Assembly: GCF_018350175.1 (NCBI RefSeq)
Contig: NC_058368.1
Coordinates: 222,458,001-222,522,000 of the forward strand
Reading direction: 5' to 3'
Source: Felis catus
Lineage: Eukaryota
Length of the DNA: 64,000 bases
This document shows positions 24,300 to 37,711 of this stretch, piece after piece. The notes under the pieces were generated by a model. It had not been told where the DNA came from. It saw only the letters and a list, made by a program, of their open reading frames with translations, and made no database searches. Position 1 is the stretch's first letter. Each line of letters begins with the position of its first letter. The position numbers and the translations under genes are program-made.

Positions 24300-25866
24300 C
24301 TTCACCAAGATGGTGGTACAATAAACCCCACCCTCTATCTCCCACAAAGATCAACAGTTCCAAATTTATCCATGAACAAAAATAGTTTTGAGAGAGTCTG
24401 GTGTCCACTTAAAAACTTTTCGCAACACAGCAGAACAAAATAACCCAAGCAGAACTGCCCCAAAAGAGAAAAAAGACAACTTCAGTTTGCTTACATCATC
24501 CCACGTCCTAAGAGGGAACTCCCCAGCTAGAAAGAGTTCCTTTCCTTGCAGGGAAAGGAAGAACAACCGTGGAGGGACTAGCTTCCCCAGCCTTTGGAAG
24601 CACTGCTCAAAGGCCCCACTTCCATTTTACTCTACCCAGACTGGCCAAACCAGGGTGTCTAGGAACAAAAAAGAAAAGCAGGGCTACCAAGAGCAGCTTC
24701 GCAGCAGGAGCCCTTGTGGTCCACAGTGACCAGCTCTACAGACAAACTCAACCGCTCTTCGCTCTTCCCCACTGAAGAAGAAATCAGCCAGCACAGCTGC
24801 TGTGAACCCCCTGCAGATTTCAGCAGCCTTTGCTCCAGGTATTTGCATTTGCTTGAGCCAGCTGCTTGAGTCTTGCCTCTGCCCATGTCAGAGCCAGGGA
24901 ACCCAACCAGCAGCCAGCCCGAACCTCTGCAGCTGGCCGAGTACAAGATGCCAGTGTAATCGCTGCGGCTGACCCCCACCACCAAGGGTTAACATGGGGT
25001 TAGCCCTTCTGGCTGTGCACCTCCACGATCCTAATCGGCCACATCACCCTTCTTCGCCACCGTGAAACCATGGCAAGACTCAACAAGCATAGTCATACAC
25101 AAGGACAACCAGGGCACCTGCAACTACAGTTATGCCCTGAGATGGACCTGGCCCTTGCGGCCCTCACCACTGTGTGTGTATCTACAGCTAGCACCTGCCA
25201 CTACTCAGGCCCCTAGGGCAACTTCCCAGTCACATGTGCACACCTGACTGGCCCTGGCCATCACTGCTGCCCACCCTTGTTCCTAGCTGCTGGACATCTA
25301 GATGCTGCTAAGCCGCGTGGAGCCACTAGGGATTCACCACGGTGCTGATCACACACAGTTGCTGATGGCTGTGGAAGCCAGCAGCCTGATGCCACCTTCG
25401 GCCTGGTGCCAGCACGTGTCCATGCATGTGGTATCCTGCAGCTATAGACCCAGGGTAATAACACCCTCCACCATGTCCCCACATGCCGATGAAAGTCTTT
25501 CCATATGAAGTCAGTCCAAAAGGTATAGAAGAGGTGTCTCCTTCTTTACATATACAGACAGTTATGCTTGGTTACAGCGATTATGAAGAATCAGGGAAAC
25601 GAGTCTCCACAAAAGGAGTATAATAAACTTCCAGTAACTGGCCTCCAAAATTTGGAGATCCAGGAATTACCTGACAAAAATTCAAAGTAATTGTTCTAAA
25701 TACACTCAATGATCTCCTTTCTGTGTGTACATACCAAAGAAATGAAATCAGAATTTTGCAGATAGGACTTCACTCCCATGTTCATTGCAACATCACTCAC
25801 AATATCAAGATAAGGACATGTAGTAATCGTCCTTCAATGGGTGAATGGATAAAGAAGTTGTGTGAG

Positions 25867-25913
<47 letters not shown>

Positions 25914-26150
25914 CACTGGAGCATTATTCAGTCATGAGAAAGAAGGGACTCCTATCATTTGCAACAACATGGGTGGCTTTTAGACTTTGAGGGCATTATG
26001 CTAAATGAAATAAGTCACAGAAAGAGAAATACTGTATGATATCACTTACATGTAGAGTCTCTAAATGCCAACCTCATACAAAGAGGGAGTGGAGTAGTGG
26101 TTACCAGGGGCTTTGGGAAAAGGAGAGACGGTGGTCAAAGAGTGAAACTT
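24300..26150 (+). mobile_element. L1MA-like element: GC-rich 5' UTR and ORF1 start joined directly to the 3' end
   Basis: caagatgg YY1-like start (~24306); ~25580-25710 resembles the ORF1 N-terminus (NQGN.SPQKEYNKLPVT..EIQELPDK.FK); from ~25712 ORF2 C-terminus and L1MA 3' UTR, with (TG)n at 25869-25910. Confidence 0.8.
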
Positions 26151-26231
26151 TACAATGGGTTTCAGAAAAAGAACCAGAGAATCTATTATATTAAAGTCAT
26201 GAGACTTAGTCTCATTCTAAGGCACAATCTT

Positions 26232-26439
26232 TTTTTTTTATTTTAAATGTTTTATTTATTTTTGAGAGAGAGAGAATGTGTGTGTGGCACAGAGAGAGGG
26301 ACACACAGAATCTGAAGCAGGCTCCAGGCTCTGAGCTGTCAACACAGAGCCCGACGCGGGGCTCAAACTCATGAACCGTGACCGTGAGATCATGACCTGA
26401 GCCGAAGTCAGATGCTTAACTGAGCCACCCAGGCACTCC
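26232..26439 (-). mobile_element. Can-SINE
   Basis: TSD TAAGGSACAATCTT at 26218-26231 and 26442-26455. Confidence 0.95.
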
Positions 26440-28029
26440 TGTAAGGGACAATCTTAATGGTGAAATTATTTATTGATAGCAAATGTTCATTGCCTCTCTT
26501 CTGCAATTTTTTTTGTGTCAAGTAGAGTTGAAAATTTTTAGTTCCAATCCGTTATTATTATATAGCATCTTTATTACATCTACCAATTTCTCCGTGGCTA
26601 GTTTCTGTTGTATGTAAGAAAAATAAAGTGATTGAAGAAAATCACTTCTAATATCCTTTATAATGCTTTATCATTTGTTTATAATTTTGAACAGTACAAA
26701 CACTGAGGTCCATTTTAAGAATGGATTACATTTTTGTCTATAAACTATTAATCAGATTCCAATAAATGATGACTTTTCCAGAATTAAAACTTGTAGCGAA
26801 AGAAAATTCTGCTTCAATTACTTATGTCAGAGGCATACCACAGAGAATGTATTTGTGTATATGGTAATACAACCTGATGCGTATTTTCAGTTATCTGTCA
26901 CATAATACGTTTATCAATGGGTTAAACAGCCTCATTGTCCCAAAGACAAAAACAACATGGATCATTGAGCAAGTGAAACAGGATCATATGTTGAACTTGT
27001 CTGGAATTTTTCTAAGAAAGGGACAAAGGATGTTTTCATTTTATGTAAAGAGGAAAAATCATCTTCAACACACATTTCCCAGACTAAACACTTTGCCTGG
27101 CAAGAGATTAATTTATAAACACGAGATTAAATTATTCATTTGTATAATGTTTTCGGGAAATGCAGCTTGATAAATTAAACTCAATTATTTTTTGACAATA
27201 CATTTTATTCTCTACTTCTCCAAATAGAATCGTCAAAATGGCATGCATTTATTTCCCTAAGCAGAATTCAGAAATGGTCATATATTTTTTAATTCTCATT
27301 TGGATCTATTGTTCAATGGATGTACCTTTTCACCTAAAGCATGTCATAAATTTCAAATTAAAATAAATGAGGAATTTATGGATTTTTGTTCGCATAAATT
27401 AAATATCTAAGCATGTTTCAAAAATTCAACCAAGTATGTGATTTCTACGACCAGTACTTACTATATTTCTCTTATTCATTTATTTGGTGCAGAAGATAAT
27501 ATCTAAGCTATTTAGAAACCATGGCTTTCTTTGTAATTTTGGGCACGGAATTTCAGAGTAGCCAAACATTGCAGTTACTTAAAATGTAAAGGACTCTAAT
27601 AGCTGCAGATATCAAGGACATGTGTGTTCACAAAGATAGCACATTTAATAAAGCACACACTCATCATTTTAGGGTCAGTTACTCTGACATCCATGTTGGT
27701 AATGGCATCACTAAAATTCTATGGTAACATCTCTCCAAAGTTACCATTGAAGGCGATGGCTTAACACCACCGTGACACATCCCCGTCAGGGTGGTACTCC
27801 CCGTGTTGACCTTGACAGGGTAGATCTTGAAAATCATTTAGCACCACCAAGTTACAAGCTAGTCACACGTGGGTTTATGCAAGCTAAACTTGACTTATAG
27901 CAAGAATCACACAATGAAATGCGTTGCCGCATAAATGAGGGAAAGTGGCTGGTGATGGCATAAATGTTTTATTTTAACAAGTTAATGTCATCCTGTAGGA
28001 ACAGCTTTTGTGGTTGTTTTGTTTGTTTG

Positions 28030-28108
28030 TTTTTAAGTGAGCTTGATGCCCAATATGGGGCTTGATCTCATGACGCTGAGATCAAGAGTCACATCCTCTA
28101 CTGACTGG
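28030..28108 (-). mobile_element. Old short Can-SINE fragment
   Basis: ggggcttgatctcatgacgctgagatcaagagtc core. Confidence 0.75.
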
Positions 28109-30727
28109 TACTCAACAGCAAATGTTTTACCATACGGCACCTAATTCAAACTCAGTTTAAGATGTACAACATCTGACTTGTGAATTCTCAATTTAAAAAA
28201 ATGTTTGTAAGTATTTATTGTTTCCTTTTCACAAGGCACCAATTCTGTGAGTCAGACAAAATTCAACCTTGTGACCCCCTAACCCAAGACCTTTGTTTTA
28301 CTTTTTGCAGATTTTAAAAATAAAATCCAAACAACAGACAAACAAACACACAAATACAATGTAGTTCCATCGATTCTATGATTGATCCAATGTGTATCCC
28401 TTTGTGACACGTGTTGACAGGTTTTGCAGTCACTAGTTCATTAATGTCAAAACTTGATTATTTTTAAATATTTGGAGAGTTTTCTTAAAAAAATACTCAT
28501 TGTTTTAATAAACAATATTAAAGAATAATATTAAAAGATTAAAAAGATTTTAAAAATCTTTAAAATAATTCTTTAAAATGTAAGTATATGAAAAACAGGC
28601 AAAACATAATGATTATTTTGTAGTGTCTTTTATAAAGAACTGGGAAGTAATTCTAAACTTTGAAAGGCTGGCTTGAAACCACAGGCGGAAAGATTGCCCC
28701 TGACAGTGACACTTTTAGATAAACCCATAATGGAGCTGAGAAAAGCTAAGCAACCACCTCAAGATCAGAGGGCTCCCAGGCCAGCAGGACTTGACATTAA
28801 CCTGATTACAACTATTCACACATCTAAAGAGAGAATGTTACTCAGAAGGGGGCTCAGCTAAATACAGAAATACAAAAAGAGAATTTTGTAGTATTAAATA
28901 TTATATAAATACACTTAACCTCTTTCCAGAAGAGCGGGTGCTTAGATACTGATCACTGACTATATTACCACAAGTCCCAATTTAAAGGCTTTCCCTAGTG
29001 TGAGGATAAATGCGTTAGAGAACAAAATGAATATGTCTGGTTATTTGATGTGGTGTGGCCGATGTCCATTTGGTCAGTTGGTGAGACCGAATCCCTGGAA
29101 TCATATTGAGGTCTGCTGCTAATGCATGAGCTGTTGGAACACAAATTTTGTTTTTCTTTGGCTTGTCAAAGGTCCAGCGGTCCCCCTGCTCATTTGCCTT
29201 CACCCGATGTCCAGCAGTGATGAGCCACCTCTCTCCAGGTAGGTTGACCATCCTACACATTTCACCTAAAGAATCATAGGAACTGCGTCCACTGCTCTCA
29301 CCTTTGCAAAGCCTCTTGTCAGCTTGCCTCCCAGCATGTGCTACCTTCCACCTCTCCCCACAGGGCAGGAACTGACAGGTGGATTACTTTTATACACATG
29401 GTACTGAGAGTGGCTAAGACATGCTACCTTCAACTCCCTTCTGCTGCCCCAGGTTGTTGCTGAAAACCCTACAGTGTTGTCTTCTCCATGACCCCTAACA
29501 GAAACGATGACAAATGACCCTTTTCTGTCCGTATGCACCTATTATTTCTTCACATTGAACAAGACTTGGTTTAATGATCTCCCCTACCTCCGCCCACCAT
29601 TTTCTTCCAAATATCTTTCAGCCTGGATAGAATGGGCAACCTACTGCCTTTAGAACATAAAATGACAACATTATGATCTAGACTAGTAAGCGTGGCTCTT
29701 GATATACAAAATAGGAGCTAACAGAGTTTAAAAATATATATATTTCATCTATGAAAGAATATTATATTCTATATCTTGGCAAAAATAAAAAAAATAAAAT
29801 TTTGTTTTTCTCTTCATTTCTACTAAAACAGTCTTTATGTCCTACCCTCTGGTTCGCAGGGAGATGATCAGATACGTAAAACGGCAGAAGAGAACACATT
29901 ACATATTTAAAAAGCAGTACTTCCGTTGCATTGATGATTATTGATGCCTTTTATACTACATACTTACTATCTATACAAGTTATTTTAAAACTCCACTTAA
30001 CAACAAGTAACCTTATGAACAGGTTACTGTGTGAAATTTTCTGTGCAACGTAGAACACGTTAGTTCAGTTAATCTTTACTCTTTTGATCCCATGTTTAGA
30101 GACCAGATGACTATGCCTTACATAAATCACCTCGCCTTAGATTGAAGAACTTCTAAGTAGTGTGAAGCTGGTATTTAATGTCAATGAGTCTGTCTCCAGA
30201 GCTTGTGCTATTAGCCATTATTTTATGTATAGCATTTATATTCACATTGATTCAACATGTATCCCTTAAGCATTACCTATGAAAAAACATTTTGCTAGAT
30301 ATGTGTGCTGAGATACCTCTAAAGTTAATTTAACAGACCTTCAAGGAGCTGTTAGTGTAAGGAGTAGTGATGAAACATATAAATAATACATTTCAGGCAA
30401 CCTATGAATAGTCCCCTAAGAGCTATAGATACATCACGAAATACATTTCTTTCTTCCTTTTTTTGCTTTATGTGTTCTTCCTTCTTCCACTTCCTAATAT
30501 GTTTTACGTATGTGACCTGTGGAAAATCCATGATCCTTTTACTCTTCTATTTTCAGCAAAGAGAAAGCCAGAATGTCCTGCTCACACAATTGAAGATGTC
30601 AAGATCTTGTTTCCAGGTATGAATAAGTGATACCATTGACACCCTGTGGACGCATATTATTTCGAGAAAATGAACATTCACTACCCTCTGGTATTCTTTT
30701 CATTTCAGTGACACTCAACCTGGGGAT

Positions 30728-31198
30728 TGTTCATAATGTTTGCTGAAACTGTAAGGCAGAATTTACTCAGGACTCTCATGATAGGTATAGAAACCACTAC
30801 AATGCGGTTTTTCAGTAGGGGAGACCAACTGGGCTTAACTGCAAATACAGTAAGAAAAAAAAAAAATAGAGCCAAGGACCAGGGCGGGATGTTTGGTGGA
30901 TAGAAATTACTGAAAGGAAACATCGGGCGTAAAGGGGGATTCTGACTAATCGGATCTAGCAGCATTCTTGCTGAACACAGGCCACCATGATCTGATATCA
31001 ACTGAAGATGGTGGGGGATGAGGAATTTGGCCAGATATTGAGGGTGACTAGATCAAGAGTGGGGATTCTGGCTAAACTGGTTTAGCGTGATTCTTGCTAA
31101 AAATTGGGCTCTTGAGGATATCCCCAAGAATGGGACCCAGCTGAAGAAGAGCTCAGAGGAGCCTGAGTAGAGTTCAGTCAAGGAAAGAGTCCTTGTCA
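30728..31198 (-). mobile_element. ERV1 LTR, MER31-like
   Basis: Reverse complement starts TGACAAGGACTCTTTCCTTGACTGAACTCTACTCAGGCTCCTCTGAGCTCTTCTTC, matching the MER31 5' end as I recall it. Confidence 0.8.
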
Positions 31199-31249
31199 TG
31201 ATCAAATGGCCAATATGCTGGAGTGAATGGAATCCTGCTCTTCATCAGT

Positions 31250-31470
31250 CCAGTGTAGTGACTAAGAGCACATTGTCTTTCCAGGTTCCAATCCCCTTAG
31301 CAATCTCTGACCCTGGGAAATTTCCTTAACCTCTCTATGCCGGTATCTTAGTCTGTAAACGGGGATAACAGTACTCTTTGACTGGGTCAAAAGAGATAAA
31401 GAGAAGTAATTTATACACTATATGCACCGCCTAAAATGCAGTAGGCATATTACTATTATTTTGTTATTAT
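31250..31470 (+). mobile_element. MIR SINE
   Basis: Core tgaccctgggaaatttccttaacctctctatgcc...tctgtaaacggggataa. Confidence 0.8.
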
Positions 31471-31623
31471 TAGAAATAAGCAACTTTTAATTAAATCATT
31501 TGGAAAACATACAGTATAACCAATAAATCTGTTGATGGATCCTATTATAATATAATGCATTTAAAAATGAATTGAAAACCTATTCCTATTTAGGTGGGAA
31601 TGTTCATTTAAAATAAACAAACA

Positions 31624-31835
31624 GAGGCACCTGGGCGGCTCAGTCGGTTAATTGCCACATTCTTGATTTTTTGGCTCAGGTCATGATCTTACTGTTCACG
31701 AATGGGAACCCCATGTCAGGCTCTGTGCTGATGGTGCAGAGCCTGCTTGGGATTCTCTCCCCCCACCCCCACCTCCCCACCCCCGTCTCCTTTCTCTATC
31801 AAAATAAATGAACAAAATAAAAACATTTTAAAAAT
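31624..31835 (+). mobile_element. Can-SINE
   Basis: gaggcacctgggcggctcagtcggttaa head, C-rich body, A-tail. Confidence 0.93.
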
Positions 31836-31877
31836 TAATAAAAAACCAAAGTACCAATGTTAAATTAGTAATTGTTA

Positions 31878-32196
31878 AATGAGAATGAAATCTTGCCATT
31901 TCCAACAATATGGATGGATCTAGAGTGTGTAATGCTAACTGAAATAAGTTAGAGAAAGACAAATACCATACGATTTCACTCATATGTGGAATTTAAAAAA
32001 CAAAACAAAGAAAGGGAAAAAAAGAGACAAATAAAACAAAACAGTTCGTAACTATAGAGAACAAACTGATAGTCACCAGAGGAGAAGTGGGTGGGGGGAT
32101 GAAATAGGTGGTGAAATAGGTGATAGTGATGAAAAGTACACTTATTGTGATGAGCACTGAGTAATATATGGAATTGTTGGATCACTATATTGCACA
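31878..32196 (+). mobile_element. Carnivore L1 3' UTR fragment
   Basis: gaatgaaatcttgccatttccaacaatatggatggatctagag...gagaacaaactgatagtcaccagagg. Confidence 0.9.
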
Positions 32197-32205
32197 TACA
32201 TACAT

Positions 32206-32384
32206 AAAATACAATACAATACAATACAATAAAATAAAATGAAATAAAAATAAATAAAATAAAATAAAATAAAATAAAATAAAATAAAATAAAATAAAAT
32301 AAAATAAAATAAAATAAAATATAAAATTCCCTGGGGGATGGGGAAGAATTGCTAAACGAGTTTTGTTTTGTTTTGTTTTGTTTT
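32206..32384. repeat. (ACAAT)n/(AAAAT)n array followed by (TTTTG)n
   Basis: Directly visible at 32206-32320 and 32361-32384. Confidence 0.93.
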
Positions 32385-34098
32385 ACTTTTCTACTTATCA
32401 TCGACTTACTCAACATAGATACATCAGTGCGAATTTTCCTCTACAATTTTTTCAAGATGTATCTAAATGATCCTTTCATTTTAGCAACCGAAATTTGAAT
32501 CAGCAAAGAATAAAGCATGGTAATTGTTCCAATATGAGCTTTCAGTCAGGTTAAAATTCAGTTAGCAGATTCCATTTGTAAATATCCACAGAGATCTGAA
32601 CTAAAGTAGAAGAAAAAAATAATAAACACGGATGAGAACTGAACTATAAGATTTTTTTATGAGCCTAAAGTTTTCCTAGAGAAGAGCTGTTCTTCTAGTC
32701 TTCATTGTTTTTTTTTATAATAAAAGTTCTCAATCTAGCTTCTATGATGCTATCTTTAATTATCTAACATAATTTCCAATGAATGATAAAAGCATAAGTA
32801 GAACGAAACGTTAAGGATTGATTATTCAGAAAGAATTGATTTTTGATGACTGATATAAATTATCATGTGGCTTCTGCTGTGTCCCAGAATTGTTTTTACC
32901 CATGTAAATAGAAATTTGAGTCACTTTGACCTTTTGTAATAAGCGAATTATGCTAGACACACAACTGTTCCATCTGCTTCCACATTCAGTTTTAATCAGA
33001 ACTCCATTTAAATTTTTGTTCTTGGCAATCATTGCATGGCAAAACAAAACAACAAAAAATAAATAAATAAATACAACAGGAGAAATAAATGAGATGTTGC
33101 TTTGCCCTGGCTGATTAAATCATGATTCCAGGTAACATTCAGGTGACATTACAAGTTGTCAGAACAGCAGTGAGCTATACTTTGGAAAGGAAAAAAAAAA
33201 TGTGTGAGGATGTTTATTTATTTCCCCATCCGATACAAGTGACAAGGTTGATATGAGAACACTGGCGTGTCTAGGAAAATATATCACCGTTTAAAGAGTC
33301 CTGTTATTAGGCACCGTGGAAGCTCTATCTGGGAGAAGCTTCCCATAGTTCGGGTAATTATCACAGTCCAGCATGCTAATTGCTTTTCGATCAGCAGGCT
33401 GTGCTTTCAGTGAATCCTGCTGAGCACTCCTGAACTGCACCTAGACCGCTCCCTAATGAGAACAGTCCTTCTCAGAAGTCTCTGACTTGAATCAGTAGGA
33501 AAGCATTATTCCAGGCTTTAAGGTTTGGAAACATTCTAGTCAATAGACTTTTGCTCAACTACTGTATGTTTCAGGATCATTCTGGAAACCATTCCATTCA
33601 TTCCCCAAGTCTATGAGTAATCACCAAAGGAATCCACGGGAAAGCAATGAGCAGGCGTCAGCCAGGATCTTCTTCCTGTTTGAAGTTAATGTAAATGCAG
33701 TTAAAGTCAAAATACTATTTGGAGTTTCCATGTGTAGTGAGAGCCTTTTCCATGACACAGTGGACATTTCAGACATCTGGACCTGGATATCAGAATATTG
33801 TGAATTGATTTATTTGTGCATGTACACATGTGCGTATAGATGTATTTTATACTGACCGTGTGTAAACCTTTGCACTTTGTATTGTGTGTAAATCTAATTT
33901 AATTTAGAAACCCTATAAATGTGGAATTATTTCATATTTTTAAAACAATAAAACTGACATTGAATAAGAAAAGAAAAGCAAATTTCTAAGGTTATATAGT
34001 ATGTGTCAATATGAACATTTAAATTCATCCCTCTGTGGTTTCTCTACTCATACTTAGTACAACTCAGTACAAATGTTAAAATTGCTATATGAAAAAAG

Positions 34099-34119
34099 TA
34101 TATATATATACTTTTATAT

Positions 34120-34165
<46 letters not shown>

Positions 34166-34287
34166 AAGACAGAGACAGAGACAGAGAGAGGCAGAGAGAC
34201 AGAGAGAGACAGAGAAAGAGAGAGACAGAGAGACAGAAAAATATATATTCATATATATAAAGAGAGAGAGAGACAGACAGACAGAGA
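34099..34287. repeat. Compound (TA)n/(GA)n/(GAGACA)n microsatellite
   Basis: Directly visible. Confidence 0.92.
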
Positions 34288-35037
34288 AACACTTGACTAA
34301 TAGAGAATTATATAAAAAAGACTGGAGCTCAAATTTACCAGAACTGTACCTCTTTAATTAAAAAAAAAAAGTCAGTGTTCCCCTTAACATGACAAAGTTC
34401 AATATAGAGAAAGCTATCAAACTTCCAATTAATTAATGAAACCAATTTTATCTTGTCATTGGAATATAAGAAGAAACTAAAAACACTATATATTAATAGC
34501 TATTTTAATATATAAAAATTCAGGCACAGGAAGGCAGGATCCATCATGAGACAAACATATGCCACATAGAACCAATATGAGTGTAGCAACTTAGAAGGAT
34601 GACAAATTTGCATAAAGTTTGAATAAGCAAAATACAGTCATGATTTATCAGGTTGTTGTATTCCTAAAATCTATGTTCAGTTTATATGGAAGCCATAGGT
34701 TCACAAGAAACACAATGTGCAATAAAACATTTCTTTCAAAACTAATTCTTCACTGGCTATCCTGAAGCAGAGGGGGTCTATTCCATGCTGCTTGCTACAG
34801 GACAGTGGACAAAAGATATATAGGAACATAGTAAATGGTCCTAAAAATCTTCTGTCTGACATTTTGTTGGTCTAATTTAGTTGTTTCACCGTGCCTATTT
34901 TTGAAGTGCAATTCTATGTATGTCTGCGAGTCTGGAAACTAATGAAACCCCATACTATACATTTAAGCCATGATTTTGATGGGATTGAATGAATAAAAAT
35001 TATGTTTTTCCAGAAAATAAATATCTTGACATTTTAA

Positions 35038-35271
35038 TTTTATTTACTTATTTATTTATCTATTTATTTATTTACTTAATTTTAGAGCACGCGCAAGAGA
35101 GCACAGACATGAGCAGGGAAGAGGGACAGAGGGAAAGAGAGAGAGAATCTTAACCAGACCCCATGCTCAGCATTGAATCTGATGCAGGGATCGATCCCAG
35201 GACCCTGAGATCATGACCTACGCTGAAATCAAGAGTTAGATGCTCAGCCAACTTAGCCACCCTGGCACCCC
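35038..35271 (-). mobile_element. Can-SINE (older subfamily)
   Basis: TSD TCTTGACATTTTAA at 35024-35037 and 35274-35287. Confidence 0.95.
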
Positions 35272-36112
35272 TGTCTTGACATTTTAAGGAATGAAATCAC
35301 AAATGAAAACAGAGGTAATTGTATTGGGACTATCTGATTAATACCTTGTTTATTATTAAGCTGAAGAAGAACACAATATTTAATAATGACAAAAAAGTTA
35401 TTTTATCTAATATTGTACTCTCAATCAAGATGACAGAACTTTTTTGTTTGTTTGTTTGTTTGTTTTTGGAGAAATGTCCAAATTGGATTATATACAAAAA
35501 CTTTCAGGAACCATGTGCCAGCAATGGCTAAACCTTTCAGAGGAAACCCATCGACTTTCATTACTTAAAAAAACAAAAAGAACACAAACAAACAAAAAGA
35601 CAAAAAAGTCAGATCTCTACACTGTGATAATATGAAGCCAATTAGATTGCCTGCATGCATTTGTAGGGTATTTTATTCTCTGTCTTTTGCATCATCTTGC
35701 TGAAAGAGAAGTTCTATGAGTAATTAACTCTTAAAATGTTAAGCAAATGATCATTAGTGAGATGATAATCATTGAAGCTTTAAAGCTAAATACTTTGTGT
35801 TAAACGTGGTGCAATAGTTACTTTAATAATTTTCTACATTTGCTCCATTGACATGATTGTGTAGCAGATGGGTTAGACCTACTCTGTATTCTATGCTTGT
35901 GCTATTCCCATTTTCTCAAGATCCTGAGGAATTCTTAACTAGGTAAGAAATTCATTCACATTCTTAACTCCACCTTCCATGAGTCTACTGTCTCCTTCCT
36001 CCTTCCTGTATTTTATGTTGATCTAATGTAGTTAATTAATGTAGACATAAAATAATCTGTATTATTTATTAAAATCCCTCAAGTTTTATGAGCAACTGTA
36101 ATATTTTTAAAT

Positions 36113-36323
36113 TTTTTTTTCAACGTTTATTTATTTTTGGGGCAGAGAGACACAGAGCATGAACGGGGGAGGGGCAGAGAGAGAGGGAGACACAGAATCG
36201 GAAACAGGCTCCAGGCTCTGAGCCATCAGCCCAGAGCCTGACGCCGGGCTCGAACTCACGGACTGCGAGATCGTGACCTGGCTGAAGTCGGACGCTTAAC
36301 CCACTGCGCCACCCAGGCGCCCC
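36113..36323 (-). mobile_element. Young felid Can-SINE (SINEC_Fc-like)
   Basis: CpG-rich, near-identical to the reverse complement of 1927-2148; TSD AATATTTT(T)AAAT. Confidence 0.97.
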
Positions 36324-36769
36324 AATATTTTAAATAACCTACAATGATTTGTTAAACCATTAATGTTAACCTAATAATAGTCTTTGTATATTAATTTTTT
36401 CTATGCAATTTATATTGATAGGTAAATGTCATGTGGTTAAAAGAGATATAATAAAATATGTCATATACATAATATTCCATAAACAACCCATGTGAGGATT
36501 AAAGTAGTTAAAGATTTTGCATATAAATGTGATTTTTGTAATTCACTTTTCCCACATTCGACATTAGAGCTTATTTTTAAAATTTCTCTCTTTCTAGGAA
36601 AATCACCTTTCTCTCTAAAACTGGGTCTTCACTTTTTTCCCTGATGTACCACATGCGGCATACCTGGGTGTTAATTACATGGGCAGGATTGCCTCAGAAT
36701 TATATCTGTATCAACTGCAATTGTTTTTATGCCTCTATTGCTTTGTATACACTGTTTGTTCACTCTGGA

Positions 36770-36975
36770 ACACATTGCAGATCAACTCTCCTGGAAAACC
36801 TACTCTAAGACAGAGATAAACGTCCAAGAGTTTCTTAGGATGTGCTCCGGGCATCTACAATTGTTGGAGGGGAGAAGCAGGAACAGCAAAGGGAAAATGA
36901 GGTGTGATACAGTCTGAAGGAAACCTCCACTGATGCTCTGGCGAGTTCTGAAGCTGGACTATCTCTAGACTTGAG
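36770..36975 (-). mobile_element. ERVL LTR16-like fragment
   Basis: ctactctaagacagagataaacgtccaagagtttc...gagttctgaagctgga follows the LTR16 antisense pattern. Confidence 0.6.
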
Positions 36976-37711
36976 GTTAGTAAGTGGGCTGGTGCAGAGA
37001 AAAAAAAACAACAACATCCAAATCTCAATTGAATAAGGAAACTGCAAACTCATTTACAGAAACGAAATGTCTAGCCCTTAGATGATGCAAATGTCAGACG
37101 ATCAAATCTCCTTGTATGGTAGAAATTTCAAAATATTTTCCTGCAGGACCTAGATAAATTGATAATGAGAGCTGTTAAGTCGCCTCACCTAGTGTCAGAC
37201 CTGGTTGATTCCCAATAACACTAGCATTTCTTATTTTACAGAGTAGATATCATGGTTTTTAACTTGTGTTGATTCCTATTATTAACATTATTATCATGGT
37301 CATCATCATTTTTATATTCTAAATAATATTATCTAAAAGTTTAGCTTTTATGAAAATTGTAGGTACCTTAAATTCAATGTGAAACAGACATACTGCCAGA
37401 CGAGGGAGTGAGTTACAATGCAGCTGCCTGTGTGTAGCTTAGCTATGAATACAACATAGCTATTGATCATACATATAACTCAATTTACGTACATGATGAT
37501 AGCATTAAAAATGAACGTTAACTGATATTAGATGTTCATCACTTAAAGTCATTTTATGATTCAAAATTGGAATGGAAAAACAAAACAAAAACGCTGTGCT
37601 TGCAAAAATTACTTGTAACAACGCAAACACAATTAAAGTAAAAATTGCCAAATCCCTGTGAGTAGATCATAAAAATTATGATAGTTCACTTTCAAAAAAA
37701 TACTCCTTCCT

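Noticed and set aside
24388..25508. Cluster of GC-rich ORFs suggesting a gene or CpG island
   Set aside because: Lies within the L1 5' UTR and is CpG-depleted
27721..27747. 8-bp inverted repeat ATGGTAAC/GTTACCAT
   Set aside because: Length expected by chance, with no supporting context
31976..32416. 146-aa ORF with FYFIL repeats resembling a membrane protein
   Set aside because: Antisense translation of (AAAAT)n plus L1 3' UTR
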